Virus record (IMG/VR): IMGVR_UViG_3300032138_000012
Span: 5,836-69,835 of that record
Reading direction: 5' to 3' (one strand)
From: a virus
Lineage: Duplodnaviria; Caudoviricetes
DNA length: 64,000 nt
Shown: in pieces, positions 1-8,642 of the stretch
Layout: every line of letters starts with the position of its first letter
Numbering within the stretch: position 1 is the stretch's first letter
The notes under the pieces: generated by a model
Seen by the model: only the letters and a program-made list of their open reading frames with translations
Told to the model about the DNA's origin: nothing
Databases searched by the model: none
Program-made: the position numbers and the translations under genes

Positions 1-194
1 GGTAATGACACAAAAGGACTATCCGCTGTTACAGTCGCATATTGGTATGATCTAAACGCATCAATATCAACATCCCTTAATATCCTGTTTTCAGTATGCT
101 CAATAAAATCATCTGTAATAGTTGAAGATAGTACATCTGTACTTGTTTCAGTATAATTTATAATCTGTGTTGTTAATTCTGCGTATGTTGTCAT
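1..194 (-). CDS. Head-tail adaptor-like virion protein (N-terminal part; runs off window start)
   Basis: Translated manually: MTTYAELTTQIINYTETSTDVLSSTITDDFIEHTENRILRDVDIDAFRSYQ...; ATG overlaps the upstream TAA; N-terminus typical of podophage adaptor/connector proteins. Confidence 0.6.
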   Translation of the reverse strand, partial: MTTYAELTTQIINYTETSTDVLSSTITDDFIEHTENRILRDVDIDAFRSYQYATVTADSPFVSL

Positions 195-688
195 TAGTTA
201 CTCAATGTTGCTGGTCCAGCAGAGGAATATCCTCCACCACCGTTTCCTGTTGTTCCTGGCGCTGTTGACACCGAAAAAGTATAAAAATCATCATCTGTTT
301 TTGTTATACTGTACCCATCCTCATCTTCCAACTCAGTCACGGAAGCTCCAAATAAGACTCCAGTAACATCCCTAAATCTTACCGTGTCGCTGGTAGATCT
401 TCCATGATCAGGTTCGAACACTGATACTGTTGCGCTACTAGCTGTAAATCTGAAAGGATTACGGGGTAGTAGTGTAGCAACTGCACTTTCTGTTCTAGCT
501 GGCCTTGCAAATTGCAATGCTTCTGTATCAGCTTTATGCTTATTCGGTTTATCTTGCGCCGTTTTTGGTTCAAATTCACTTTTATGAACTCTTGCACCAT
601 TCCATTCCTTTACCATTTCATTATAGGGGAATGCCATTCCACTACGATCAGAAATAAATTTAGCGTATTTTCCTTTAGCGTAAGCCAT
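194..688 (-). CDS. Conserved phage virion-module protein
   Basis: 164 aa, MAYAKGKYAKFISDRSGMAFPY..MVKEWNG N-terminus common in marine podophages; co-oriented in the structural operon. Confidence 0.6.
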   Translation of the reverse strand: MAYAKGKYAKFISDRSGMAFPYNEMVKEWNGARVHKSEFEPKTAQDKPNKHKADTEALQFARPARTESAVATLLPRNPFRFTASSATVSVFEPDHGRSTSDTVRFRDVTGVLFGASVTELEDEDGYSITKTDDDFYTFSVSTAPGTTGNGGGGYSSAGPATLSN

Positions 689-693
689 CTACC

Positions 694-966
694 CTACCAT
701 TTAGAATCTTTAGGTCCAACCCAACTATACTTACCACCTTTAGTAGCCGCACCCATTCCTTGTACAGTACCTTTAACAGTACCTACAGCAATAGAAACAG
801 CTTTTTCTTTTTCCTTGGGGCTAGCATCAGGAATTGAGATAGTTCCCCTATCACTCCAGTTTCCTTTTACTCCACCTTTAGAACTTCTTCCGGCGTTAGA
901 ATCTTTGTTCCAATTTGAATTACTCATTTTTCCTCCTTTTTGCATTCGCAGTTTGTGCATTGACAA
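694..966 (-). CDS. Small basic Gly/Lys-rich hypothetical protein
   Basis: 90 aa with AGGTAG RBS-like sequence; fits operon spacing; carries MQKGG motif. Confidence 0.55.
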   Translation of the reverse strand: MSMHKLRMQKGGKMSNSNWNKDSNAGRSSKGGVKGNWSDRGTISIPDASPKEKEKAVSIAVGTVKGTVQGMGAATKGGKYSWVGPKDSKW

Positions 967-1021
967 TTGTCTTTACAATCGCAATCACAACCACATTTTT
1001 CACATTTTACCATATTTCCTC

Positions 1022-1771
1022 CTACGGTCTATAAGATACTGCTGGCTCAACTCTAAACGATGTTCGTTCTCGGTCAGTATCAGCAGCACGTTCAAATTCT
1101 TCGTCATACACCGATTTTAAGATTGGACTTAATCTTGGTGCTTTTTTTAAGCTTATATAATAAGCTAAACCCGCAGTCAAACATGGTAAGAAATAAAAAG
1201 GTACATCGGGATTATTAGTATAATCCCCCGCATCTTGTATCCTTCCCATATAAAAATATTTTAATATATATGCCTTATCTGGACTTGGATATAAAAACAA
1301 CGTCATATCATTTTCAGGTCTTCCAGTTGAAGAAGATCCCCCAACAGTTACTTGCCCTGGAATTAAAGCAAATTGTGTGGGTCTAGCATCCCCACCAGAT
1401 GAATTCTCTTTCTTGGCCAAATTCATATATTCAGTTCTAGAAATTCTATTCATGGCAACATCTGTTGTATTACTATCACCTTCTAGATTAGATGTAGCAT
1501 TAGTAGTAGTTGTAATCGCCATATCTACTATATCTACTACCTTTTGATCAATTGAATAAAAGTTTGTACCAGCTGTTAATGTCTGCGTAGCATACTCAAT
1601 AGTCCATAGATTTAATCCACGATTAGCCCATTCTGAAAACATCAAGTTTAAAGAACGCTTGGCTGATTTTAAATCATAACCTTCGCGAACTTCCAATTGA
1701 CATCGCTCATGAGCTTCCTGGATTATTTCCTCTATTGATAAATTAAAGGTTTGTGTGCCTGAATAAGCCAT
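1022..1771 (-). CDS. Head-tail adaptor / tail tubular protein A-like
   Basis: 249 aa; EEIIQEAHERC...RSLNLMFSEWANRGLNLW and LAYYISLKK..LKSVYDEEF motifs; downstream of the capsid genes. Confidence 0.65.
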   Translation of the reverse strand: MAYSGTQTFNLSIEEIIQEAHERCQLEVREGYDLKSAKRSLNLMFSEWANRGLNLWTIEYATQTLTAGTNFYSIDQKVVDIVDMAITTTTNATSNLEGDSNTTDVAMNRISRTEYMNLAKKENSSGGDARPTQFALIPGQVTVGGSSSTGRPENDMTLFLYPSPDKAYILKYFYMGRIQDAGDYTNNPDVPFYFLPCLTAGLAYYISLKKAPRLSPILKSVYDEEFERAADTDRERTSFRVEPAVSYRP

Positions 1772-1780
1772 TTAAACCCC

Positions 1781-2197
1781 TTAATAATTTTTAGATAGTT
1801 CTAATACAATAGTATAGTGATCTAAATTAGTGTGACCACTTGTTGTTAAATCAATATCACCATCATATCCGGATGCTAATGTATTTTTAACACCACCGAA
1901 TGATCTAAAATCCATATGTCCCGAAACATTACCTGCTGCTGCGCTTCCACCTAAAACTGCTGCTACAACATTTGTTGTTGCATTCCATTCTAGAGCTACA
2001 CGCATACCACCAATATCATACCAAATTTGATTAATTGTAGCATGAGCACATGCTGCTCCTGCTGAGTTAACCGCTAAAGCTGAAACATCAACTTTTTTAA
2101 CTGAACTTTCTCCAGAACCATCTGATAAGTTTGTAAATTTTACGACAGCAATTTTATCGCCGTCTGCTAGTGTTTGACTTGTTACTGCGTCTGCCAT
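1781..2197 (-). CDS. Virion structural protein
   Basis: 138 aa, MADAVTSQTL...KFTNLSDGSGES..KVDVSAL; GGAGG RBS; capsid operon. Confidence 0.6.
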   Translation of the reverse strand: MADAVTSQTLADGDKIAVVKFTNLSDGSGESSVKKVDVSALAVNSAGAACAHATINQIWYDIGGMRVALEWNATTNVVAAVLGGSAAAGNVSGHMDFRSFGGVKNTLASGYDGDIDLTTSGHTNLDHYTIVLELSKNY

Positions 2198-2210
2198 TTT
2201 TCCTCCTGTT

Positions 2211-2238
2211 GGAGAGAGGGGGTTTTCACCCCCGCTCC
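2211..2238 (-). terminator. GC-rich stem-loop with GAAA tetraloop (terminator or processing site)
   Basis: Minus strand GGAGCGGGGGU-GAAA-ACCCCCUCUCUCC, between the 297-aa and 138-aa genes. Confidence 0.5.
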
Positions 2239-2249
2239 ATTAAAGTTTA

Positions 2250-3143
2250 TTATTCGTATACGTTTCTACTACAAGCAACGTAATGTACGTTTACCGCTTC
2301 TGCCGCGCCATCACCTGCTTCAATACCAATGTATGGAATTAAATCAATATCATCAGTTAAAGCCGCAGATTTAGTAGCTGCAACACCTGGTTGAACCGCT
2401 GTTACCGCAGTACCACCTGTACTTCCTGACGTGCCAGTAAGATTATACTGCACACCATTAACAAAAACAGTAGCTTTTCTATCACTGTCTATTTCAATTT
2501 TCAAGTGATAAGGTGTATTAGCTGCAACTGCAATTGGAAGTCTACTAATATAATCAGTATTCGCGATACTATGCACTACGTGCCAGTTAGCGAAAGTAGT
2601 AAATGCCTCACTATTAGTAGCATCTGTTTGGAACTTAAAGAATATTTGGTTAGCATCAGTTGCAACTAATTGATCATTAGTTAACTTTAAGCCGGCCCAA
2701 ACTTTTTGGTTATCAAGTGCTGGTAGCATAATTGATGTTTCAAAACTAACAGAGTTTTCAGTTCCCCATAAAGTTCCTGCCCATGCTGTCGCCGCAGTAT
2801 CTAAGTGAGGTGTTAAGATTGCTTGGTCTTCGTCTGCACCTGCTGTTGTTGCTAAAACTCCTGCTGAAGTTGTAGCAAATGTACATAATGCAGTTGTCAT
2901 ATTAGTTCCAAGAGCTTCCCAGTTTCTATTCAACGCACGTTGAACTTCAACTGTTGATGCTTGGTCAATATTTGCATTAAGACCTGGTCTTTGTAAAAAC
3001 CATTCTTCTAAATAAACTCTTCTAGCATCCATCGCTGGATCACTTATAGTTCTATCATGTTCAACACCTGTTGAAGCAGTAGTACTATATAATTTATAAT
3101 TATTTTTGGATCTTACTGGACCCACAAAGCTAGTATTAGCCAT
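2250..3143 (-). CDS. Capsid-associated / decoration-like structural protein
   Basis: 297 aa Ala/Thr-rich, predicted beta-rich; MANTSFVGPVRS N-terminus; directly after the MCP. Confidence 0.55.
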   Translation of the reverse strand: MANTSFVGPVRSKNNYKLYSTTASTGVEHDRTISDPAMDARRVYLEEWFLQRPGLNANIDQASTVEVQRALNRNWEALGTNMTTALCTFATTSAGVLATTAGADEDQAILTPHLDTAATAWAGTLWGTENSVSFETSIMLPALDNQKVWAGLKLTNDQLVATDANQIFFKFQTDATNSEAFTTFANWHVVHSIANTDYISRLPIAVAANTPYHLKIEIDSDRKATVFVNGVQYNLTGTSGSTGGTAVTAVQPGVAATKSAALTDDIDLIPYIGIEAGDGAAEAVNVHYVACSRNVYE

Positions 3144-3171
3144 AATTTTCTCCTTGGTTGTATAAACCTTT

Positions 3172-3216
3172 TGTCATGTAGTCTTTATACCGTCTGCCTA
3201 GCCAGTCTACATAACA
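3172..3216 (-). promoter_or_regulatory. Structured intercistronic RNA element
   Basis: 10-bp stem UGUUAUGUAG/CUACAUGACA enclosing inner CUG-GCUAGG-CAG hairpin, upstream of the 297-aa gene RBS. Confidence 0.4.
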
Positions 3217-3231
3217 GTTAATGCTAGGGTA

Positions 3232-3260
3232 TAAGTGGGGGAAATTATTTCCCCCACTTA
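3232..3260 (-). terminator. Perfect 13-bp hairpin after the major capsid gene
   Basis: TAAGTGGGGGAAA-TTA-TTTCCCCCACTTA, 6 bp downstream of the MCP stop. Confidence 0.7.
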
Positions 3261-3266
3261 AATTGA

Positions 3267-4172
3267 TTAAGCTCCTGGAGAGCCAAATATTCCGCGCCAG
3301 TCAGACCAGCCGAAGCTGTATCTTTCTCTTGCTTTATATCTAACGTTTCCAGTATCGAAGTCGCCTTCCATAGCAGTTCTAATAGGGGCTCTAGTGAACA
3401 TTTTAAGTCCATTAGGGCCATCTGTTTTCAAGAACCAAGCATCAGTATCAGTTAAGAAATTGTTAACCACATATCCTTGTGGCACCATTCCCATAGATTT
3501 GATTGCATTGATGTCATTGTCAGCAGTTCCTACTCTACCTGCAGATTTCATCAACCTTTCAGCTGTAAATTGAAGATTTACAGGAATGATCATTTTCATT
3601 CCACGAAGAGCAATTTTCATTCCTCTTTCGTCCTTCATACCAGCAATATCGATCATTGCTTGCTCGAGCGAAGTTTCGTTCAAGTCAGCAGCAGTTGACA
3701 ATTCGTTCTTTTGGTCACCAGCCATAGTAGTGTGATCAGTAGCGCAAAGCTCCTTATCGTCACCACCAAGATAAGAACTGTTAAACGCTCTGTTAAGAAC
3801 GTTAGCAGCTTTTATTTGCTTAGTGTTTGCCATTGAACGTGCCAATGCTTTTGTGTATCGAGTGCTGATTTTGTCGTAAAGGTTATCCTCTACAGCTTCT
3901 TCAGTTAATGAGAAAGCTAAAGCAATAGTTTCGTGAGTGTAGCGAGCAGTGAAAGTTTCTTGTGCTGATTCATAGACAACACCAGATCCCTCCGGTTTTA
4001 CTTCTGCATTACCAAACCCACCTAACATTACTTCTTCCTCGAATGCACGATCAGAACTTTCAGAATCGAAAATTTCTGTGTGCTGGTTTTCGTATCGGTC
4101 ATACTCTAATCCGAACAGAGCGTTCAAGCCAGGTTCGAGCTCTTTGACCAATTGCATTCTTGAAATTGCCAT
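3267..4172 (-). CDS. Major capsid protein (HK97 fold)
   Basis: 301 aa; MAISRMQLVKELEPGLNALFGLEY, YTHETIALAFSLTEEAVEDNLY and GDFDTGNVRYKARERYSFGWSDWRGIFGS motifs; follows scaffold; strong GGAGGAG RBS. Confidence 0.9.
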   Translation of the reverse strand: MAISRMQLVKELEPGLNALFGLEYDRYENQHTEIFDSESSDRAFEEEVMLGGFGNAEVKPEGSGVVYESAQETFTARYTHETIALAFSLTEEAVEDNLYDKISTRYTKALARSMANTKQIKAANVLNRAFNSSYLGGDDKELCATDHTTMAGDQKNELSTAADLNETSLEQAMIDIAGMKDERGMKIALRGMKMIIPVNLQFTAERLMKSAGRVGTADNDINAIKSMGMVPQGYVVNNFLTDTDAWFLKTDGPNGLKMFTRAPIRTAMEGDFDTGNVRYKARERYSFGWSDWRGIFGSPGA

Positions 4173-4189
4173 TTATCTCCTCCTAACTA

Positions 4190-4792
4190 TTACGTTCCGG
4201 TGATACCAGTCGAGCTAAACTTGACATGTTCATTCCACATGACATACCAGTTAGCATTATCGGCTGTAGCATCATCGTTCTCTGGATCTTTTGTAATCCC
4301 AATGATTTTGACCTGCAAGCCAGCTGTAGTATTTTCAGAACCACTATCAATTTCTGTCACAGACAGACCATTAACAGTGCTAGAAGTACCAAGCACAGAA
4401 TCAGTATTTTTACCGATATCTGTTTTAGCTATAGTGCCATCACATTGAGCCTCGAAAAGAGTGTACGGATCATCATAGATATACGCGTCAATTGTAGTAC
4501 CGCCAGAAATGGAACCTGAAGCGGTTACATTTACTTGACTGTAATAATTGGACCATGTAGGTTTTTTGCTAGTTGGGTCAATATAGAAGCAACCGTTAAA
4601 AACACCAAGATTAGTAGAGCCGGAAGCTGTTCCAGCAATTACTAAACCCGAAGCCTGCATTACGTGATCACCCTTAAAAATGGATGTCGCATAATTGTCT
4701 CCGATAGTGTACAGGGTAACCCCTGCGTTATTAACGCCACTGCCAACTTTCCCAATAGGTCTATACCCAAAGGCCGCGTCAACATTAGCCAT
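4190..4792 (-). CDS. Capsid-associated protein (cement/decoration-like)
   Basis: 200 aa; MANVDAAFGYRP N-terminus; directly upstream of the MCP. Confidence 0.55.
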   Translation of the reverse strand: MANVDAAFGYRPIGKVGSGVNNAGVTLYTIGDNYATSIFKGDHVMQASGLVIAGTASGSTNLGVFNGCFYIDPTSKKPTWSNYYSQVNVTASGSISGGTTIDAYIYDDPYTLFEAQCDGTIAKTDIGKNTDSVLGTSSTVNGLSVTEIDSGSENTTAGLQVKIIGITKDPENDDATADNANWYVMWNEHVKFSSTGITGT

Positions 4793-4825
4793 GATTTTAT
4801 CCTCATAGTAATATAAGTTTATACC

Positions 4826-4842
4826 ACACCCCTCATGGGTGT
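4826..4842 (-). promoter_or_regulatory. Small intergenic hairpin
   Basis: ACACCC-CTCAT-GGGTGT in the leader of the 200-aa gene. Confidence 0.3.
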
Positions 4843-4873
4843 AATAAAATTTTGTAACTTATGGGGAGAAAAA

Positions 4874-5347
4874 CTAGTTCTTCTTACCGCCACCAAAGGT
4901 TACGCGAGAGCTTCTCTCATTTGAGATCGGCATGCTAGGATGTTGGTCCTTCAAAGGATCGTTTGCGATTGCGTCGTCTTTATCCTGCGTTACTTGTGCA
5001 AAATGAGCTTCGCGTTCCTTAACGGTTTCCAATGGAATCCTTGCTAGCATTAAACCTCCAACAGCTATAACACCGTTATATCTACCTGTATCAATTGAGG
5101 GCCATGAAACATCAGGATATTCGTCAGCTCTGACAAATTCCCATCCTTCGCGTAGTCTAGCGGATACATTTTTTTGATCCATTTGTCCTACAGATTCAGC
5201 CCTTATCCAGCGGTGTTTAAAACCGGCTGGCGCAGGTGGTGCGTCTAGTTGTGATGGTGGAGTCCACGGTTTCCTTCGTTCGGTTTTAACTCGGGTTTCG
5301 GACTCGCGTGATGGTAGTTTTTGCGTTTGTTTTGTTTTATCTATCAT
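4874..5347 (-). CDS. Conserved head-module protein
   Basis: 157 aa; KPWTPPSQLDAPPAPAGFKHRWIR..REGWEFVRADEY motif, between scaffold and capsid genes. Confidence 0.6.
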   Translation of the reverse strand: MIDKTKQTQKLPSRESETRVKTERRKPWTPPSQLDAPPAPAGFKHRWIRAESVGQMDQKNVSARLREGWEFVRADEYPDVSWPSIDTGRYNGVIAVGGLMLARIPLETVKEREAHFAQVTQDKDDAIANDPLKDQHPSMPISNERSSRVTFGGGKKN

Positions 5348-5351
5348 ATGC

Positions 5352-6290
5352 CTACTCCTTCACGTACTTCGCATATTCGCTTAGCGGCACACCTAGTTTT
5401 TTTGATATGGCTACCTGTGATGGTGTGAGTCTCACAGTACCTTTGCGCGCCGTTACGGGTCCACCTCTATTAACAGAGGCAACCGTTTGAGTCGGCGTTG
5501 AACTTTGAAACTTATGAGGAAAATTATCCTTCATTCGTTTATCTAATTCATTATAGTATGTTTTTGTCGAAGGGTCAACACCTTCTTGCACTAGATTACG
5601 ATGAATCGAGAACGCTGTCAAGGTCATAGGTTCATCCTTCCCGAACCACTCATTTTTCTCAGCCCAGTCCTCTGCCTGTGGATCTGGAGGTGGTGGGGCC
5701 TGTTGAGCCTGTTGTTGAGCCTGTTGCTGCTGATATTGCTGTGCAGCAGGACTTTGCGCTGCTTTAGCCATTCTTTCACGCTGTGCAACAGTGGCTTTTG
5801 CCCTTTCCGATTCAACCGCCAATCTTGCTAAATCCTGTTGTGCGGCTATAACTGCATCCGCATCACCATTGTCCATGGCCACTTTAAGCTTGGCCTTAGT
5901 GTCCTCAGTTTCCGCTTTTACGCGCTGTTCATATTCAGCGATATATCCACGGTCCAAGCTTCCAGCCCTTTGTCTTAATTGCTCAGCTTCACCTTGAACG
6001 CCTTGCGCAAAGTCAATGGCGGCTTTTTCACGTCTTTCGGATTCTCTTAATCTCTTTGTTAACTTGTCTATACGGGATTGAACTTTTTTCCCGTAGTCTT
6101 CCATTTCTTCTGAAGATGCTGTTTCTTCAACTACTACTTCCTTTTCCTTAACTTCTTCTTTAGGGGAAGTATCTACGATTGTTTCCTTTTTATCGGATAT
6201 CTCAACATCAACAGACTCCCCTTCTGCAGGAAGGTCAACCATTTTAGCGTCCGCTTCTGATTGTGTCTGTATAGTGGTTTCTGCAGGCAT
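5352..6290 (-). CDS. Capsid scaffolding protein
   Basis: 312 aa acidic coiled coil; basic C-terminus VRLTPSQVAISKKLGVPLSEYAKYVKE; position before the MCP. Confidence 0.7.
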   Translation of the reverse strand: MPAETTIQTQSEADAKMVDLPAEGESVDVEISDKKETIVDTSPKEEVKEKEVVVEETASSEEMEDYGKKVQSRIDKLTKRLRESERREKAAIDFAQGVQGEAEQLRQRAGSLDRGYIAEYEQRVKAETEDTKAKLKVAMDNGDADAVIAAQQDLARLAVESERAKATVAQRERMAKAAQSPAAQQYQQQQAQQQAQQAPPPPDPQAEDWAEKNEWFGKDEPMTLTAFSIHRNLVQEGVDPSTKTYYNELDKRMKDNFPHKFQSSTPTQTVASVNRGGPVTARKGTVRLTPSQVAISKKLGVPLSEYAKYVKE

Positions 6291-6302
6291 ATTTTACTCC
6301 TG

Positions 6303-6797
6303 TTATCTGTATTGCAAGATATCCTCCGGGTCCTTTACCACGGCGATTATCTCGTCATCATTAAGTATCCTCACTTCACCACCCTCTATTCCAAATCTGG
6401 ACCCGGCGTACCGACCGAATATAATCCAGTCATTTTTCTTGCACCACGGTCCGTCCGGAAATCTATCTTTATCTCTATAGGCATCAGGTCCAACTTTCAG
6501 GACTAAACCGGTAACGGTTGTATATCCCCTCTCCTCGATTGTCTCATCGGACAATATTATGCCACCCTTTGTCTTTCCTTGTCCCTTGTACGGGAGAATA
6601 AGAAGCCTCCATCCTGTGGGGTCAGGTAAACGATCCAGCACCTTATCGGTAGGTAGATGTTTTATATTATCGGTTGCTTCTGCTTGAATTTTTTTAAGAA
6701 AGCGGTTCTCTTTGTCTTCCGCCACCTTGTTATTTTTATCCGCCTCTATTGATAAATCTTTTTCTTCGAGGGCAAATTTACGTTTCGGTATCTCCAT
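6303..6797 (-). CDS. groES: GroES/Cpn10-like co-chaperonin
   Basis: PTGWRLLILP..KTKGGIILS..G.VLKVGP..D.IIFGRYAG..GEVRILNDDEIIAVV matches the Cpn10 pattern. Confidence 0.85.
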   Translation of the reverse strand: MEIPKRKFALEEKDLSIEADKNNKVAEDKENRFLKKIQAEATDNIKHLPTDKVLDRLPDPTGWRLLILPYKGQGKTKGGIILSDETIEERGYTTVTGLVLKVGPDAYRDKDRFPDGPWCKKNDWIIFGRYAGSRFGIEGGEVRILNDDEIIAVVKDPEDILQYR

Positions 6798-6975
6798 CTT
6801 CTTTTTTCTGCAGGTCCTGTATTTCCTGTTCCATTATGTTATAGGCCTTGAATTCACCAACTGATTTATTATACATATCCCAGCTGTGAATGCCATTGGC
6901 GATAACTGTTTTTAACTGTTCCTTGCGCTCCCTAATCCTTTTTAGAATCAGGTAAACAGTGGTTTCGTCTTTCAT
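6778..6975 (-). CDS. Hypothetical helical protein
   Basis: 65 aa, overlapping junctions in the operon. Confidence 0.55.
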   Translation of the reverse strand: MKDETTVYLILKRIRERKEQLKTVIANGIHSWDMYNKSVGEFKAYNIMEQEIQDLQKKEDGDTET

Positions 6976-7008
6976 TCGTGCGCATTATACACGAAATTTC
7001 AAATTTTA

Positions 7009-7236
7009 TCAAGCCTGTTCTTTCTTTTCTGGTTTAGATTGTCTCGTTCCACCTACGTACAGTCCAAACCACGCTGCTCCGGCGCCCACAATGACAGAAA
7101 CAAAGGCAGACTGTGCGTTTGTTGGGTCAGGTAGCGCCATGAACCATTCTGTAGTCCTGTAAAAAGAAAATCCATACAATGTAATTAATAGACGCGGAAA
7201 TATTCTCCACGCTGTTAATCTTTGTGGTGTGATCAT
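7009..7236 (-). CDS. Small two-TM membrane protein, holin-like
   Basis: RIFPRLLITLYGFSFY and SAFVSVIVGAGAAWFGLYV hydrophobic segments, basic C-terminus. Confidence 0.55.
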   Translation of the reverse strand: MITPQRLTAWRIFPRLLITLYGFSFYRTTEWFMALPDPTNAQSAFVSVIVGAGAAWFGLYVGGTRQSKPEKKEQA

Positions 7237-7625
7237 TTTTTCTTAAATAATCCTTTAACACCTGGAGCCATTCTCACACCCATGCTGACACTGCAGCTTA
7301 AATACAAGAGATGTTTATAATAATCCGGCAATTTATGAAGTGCCTCAAAGCCTCGTTCCACGTGCTCCGTCATTCCAGGAATGAATACTAAAATTGCGGG
7401 GATCATTAGGGCAAGCAAAACGAATTCGTCTTTCCAGCTCCCCTTCATTTGATCAACAGCAGATGCTTCCCACGATACTTCGCCGGCGATCTGTTGCTGT
7501 TTCAACTTAGTATTAGCTTTTATTTCCGTTAGCTTGTTCTCGGCCTTCGCTTTCTTGGTTTCTATGAAACCGGAAACCGCCTGTCCGGCGACGCCCAGTA
7601 ATGGTTTAATTAATAACTGTAACAT
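7233..7625 (-). CDS. Holin (GTA 3-TM holin-like)
   Basis: 130 aa; AVDQMKGSWKDEFVLLALMIPAILVFIP motif and hydrophobic segments. Confidence 0.6.
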   Translation of the reverse strand: MLQLLIKPLLGVAGQAVSGFIETKKAKAENKLTEIKANTKLKQQQIAGEVSWEASAVDQMKGSWKDEFVLLALMIPAILVFIPGMTEHVERGFEALHKLPDYYKHLLYLSCSVSMGVRMAPGVKGLFKKK

Positions 7626-7626
7626 T

Positions 7627-8640
7627 CTATTCTCCTACTAAACTGACTATACCACCTCTTGCAATATTTGCATAGCGTGGTTTTGTTACACCGGAGCCGA
7701 AACTCGTAATTAATCGCCTTAATCCTTTAGGGTCGAATACTCCTTGTCTCATTGCTCCAGAAAAAATTCCTTTATTTAATGCTTCCGATACATCAGCGGA
7801 ATAGGGATCTGTCATTTCTCCAAAAAATCCTGACTGCTCCATTCCCCTTTGGGGTAATCCAGCTTGTAAAAATCTTAATTTATCAAATGTCTCTTGTCGT
7901 GGGTCGTAATAATCTGTTTCAAAAAATTGTTGTCCTCCTCCTTCTCCATGATGAATATTAATAACATTAGGATTGCCCATAACATCATAATAATCATCTA
8001 AACCACCAGGAAATAAAGTATTTTCTGCTAACCATTGCTGCGCATATTCATTTCCAGCAGCAGCCAGTTGACTCATGTCTTCAAATTGTGACCAAGTAGT
8101 TGTGTAAGGCTCATCAGTCTCAACAGCTTCATTACCACTAACAAAACTTCCTTCAGCAACCATTGACATTAGTTCATTCGGAACAGTTGTGCTTCCTGGA
8201 GTATATCCAAAGAATGCAAGTGTATCTGGATCCATAGTTTGTAATGATTCCCAAATAGCTGAATTTGGATCTACATTAGTAGATGCATATCCTGTTACAC
8301 CTGGAATAGCTTGTCCAGGCCCATAGATTTCTTCATGGGGAGTATAAGTATCCTGATTATTTTGATTAGCTAATGAAATTGCAAGAGCATCATCAATTGC
8401 GTCTTGTTCAGCCGCAACGTCTATAATTGGTGTTGGTGGTGGTTGATTCGCACCGCCAGTTCCTTGTCCACCAAAATTAGGTGTTCCTGTTGAAATAGGT
8501 GTAGTTACTTGAGGGGGAGGTGGTTGATTATTGCCACCAGTTCCTGGTGGTCCGAAATTAGGTGTTCCTGTACTTACTGGAGGAGTTGTGGGTGTACTAA
8601 TGGTCCAAGGTACCCCATAATCTAGATGAGGATTGGGCAT
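7627..8640 (-). CDS. Pro/Gly-rich low-complexity putative virion protein
   Basis: 337 aa; two copies of P(V/I)STGTPNFG..GTGG.NQPPP; C-terminal IARGGIVSL. Confidence 0.55.
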   Translation of the reverse strand: MPNPHLDYGVPWTISTPTTPPVSTGTPNFGPPGTGGNNQPPPPQVTTPISTGTPNFGGQGTGGANQPPPTPIIDVAAEQDAIDDALAISLANQNNQDTYTPHEEIYGPGQAIPGVTGYASTNVDPNSAIWESLQTMDPDTLAFFGYTPGSTTVPNELMSMVAEGSFVSGNEAVETDEPYTTTWSQFEDMSQLAAAGNEYAQQWLAENTLFPGGLDDYYDVMGNPNVINIHHGEGGGQQFFETDYYDPRQETFDKLRFLQAGLPQRGMEQSGFFGEMTDPYSADVSEALNKGIFSGAMRQGVFDPKGLRRLITSFGSGVTKPRYANIARGGIVSLVGE

Positions 8641-8642
8641 GA

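Noticed and set aside
512-1120. 202-aa plus-strand ORF
   Set aside because: Spans three tightly packed minus-strand genes; shadow ORF
3267-3300. Programmed frameshift extension of the major capsid protein
   Set aside because: No slippery heptamer near the stop; a hairpin follows directly
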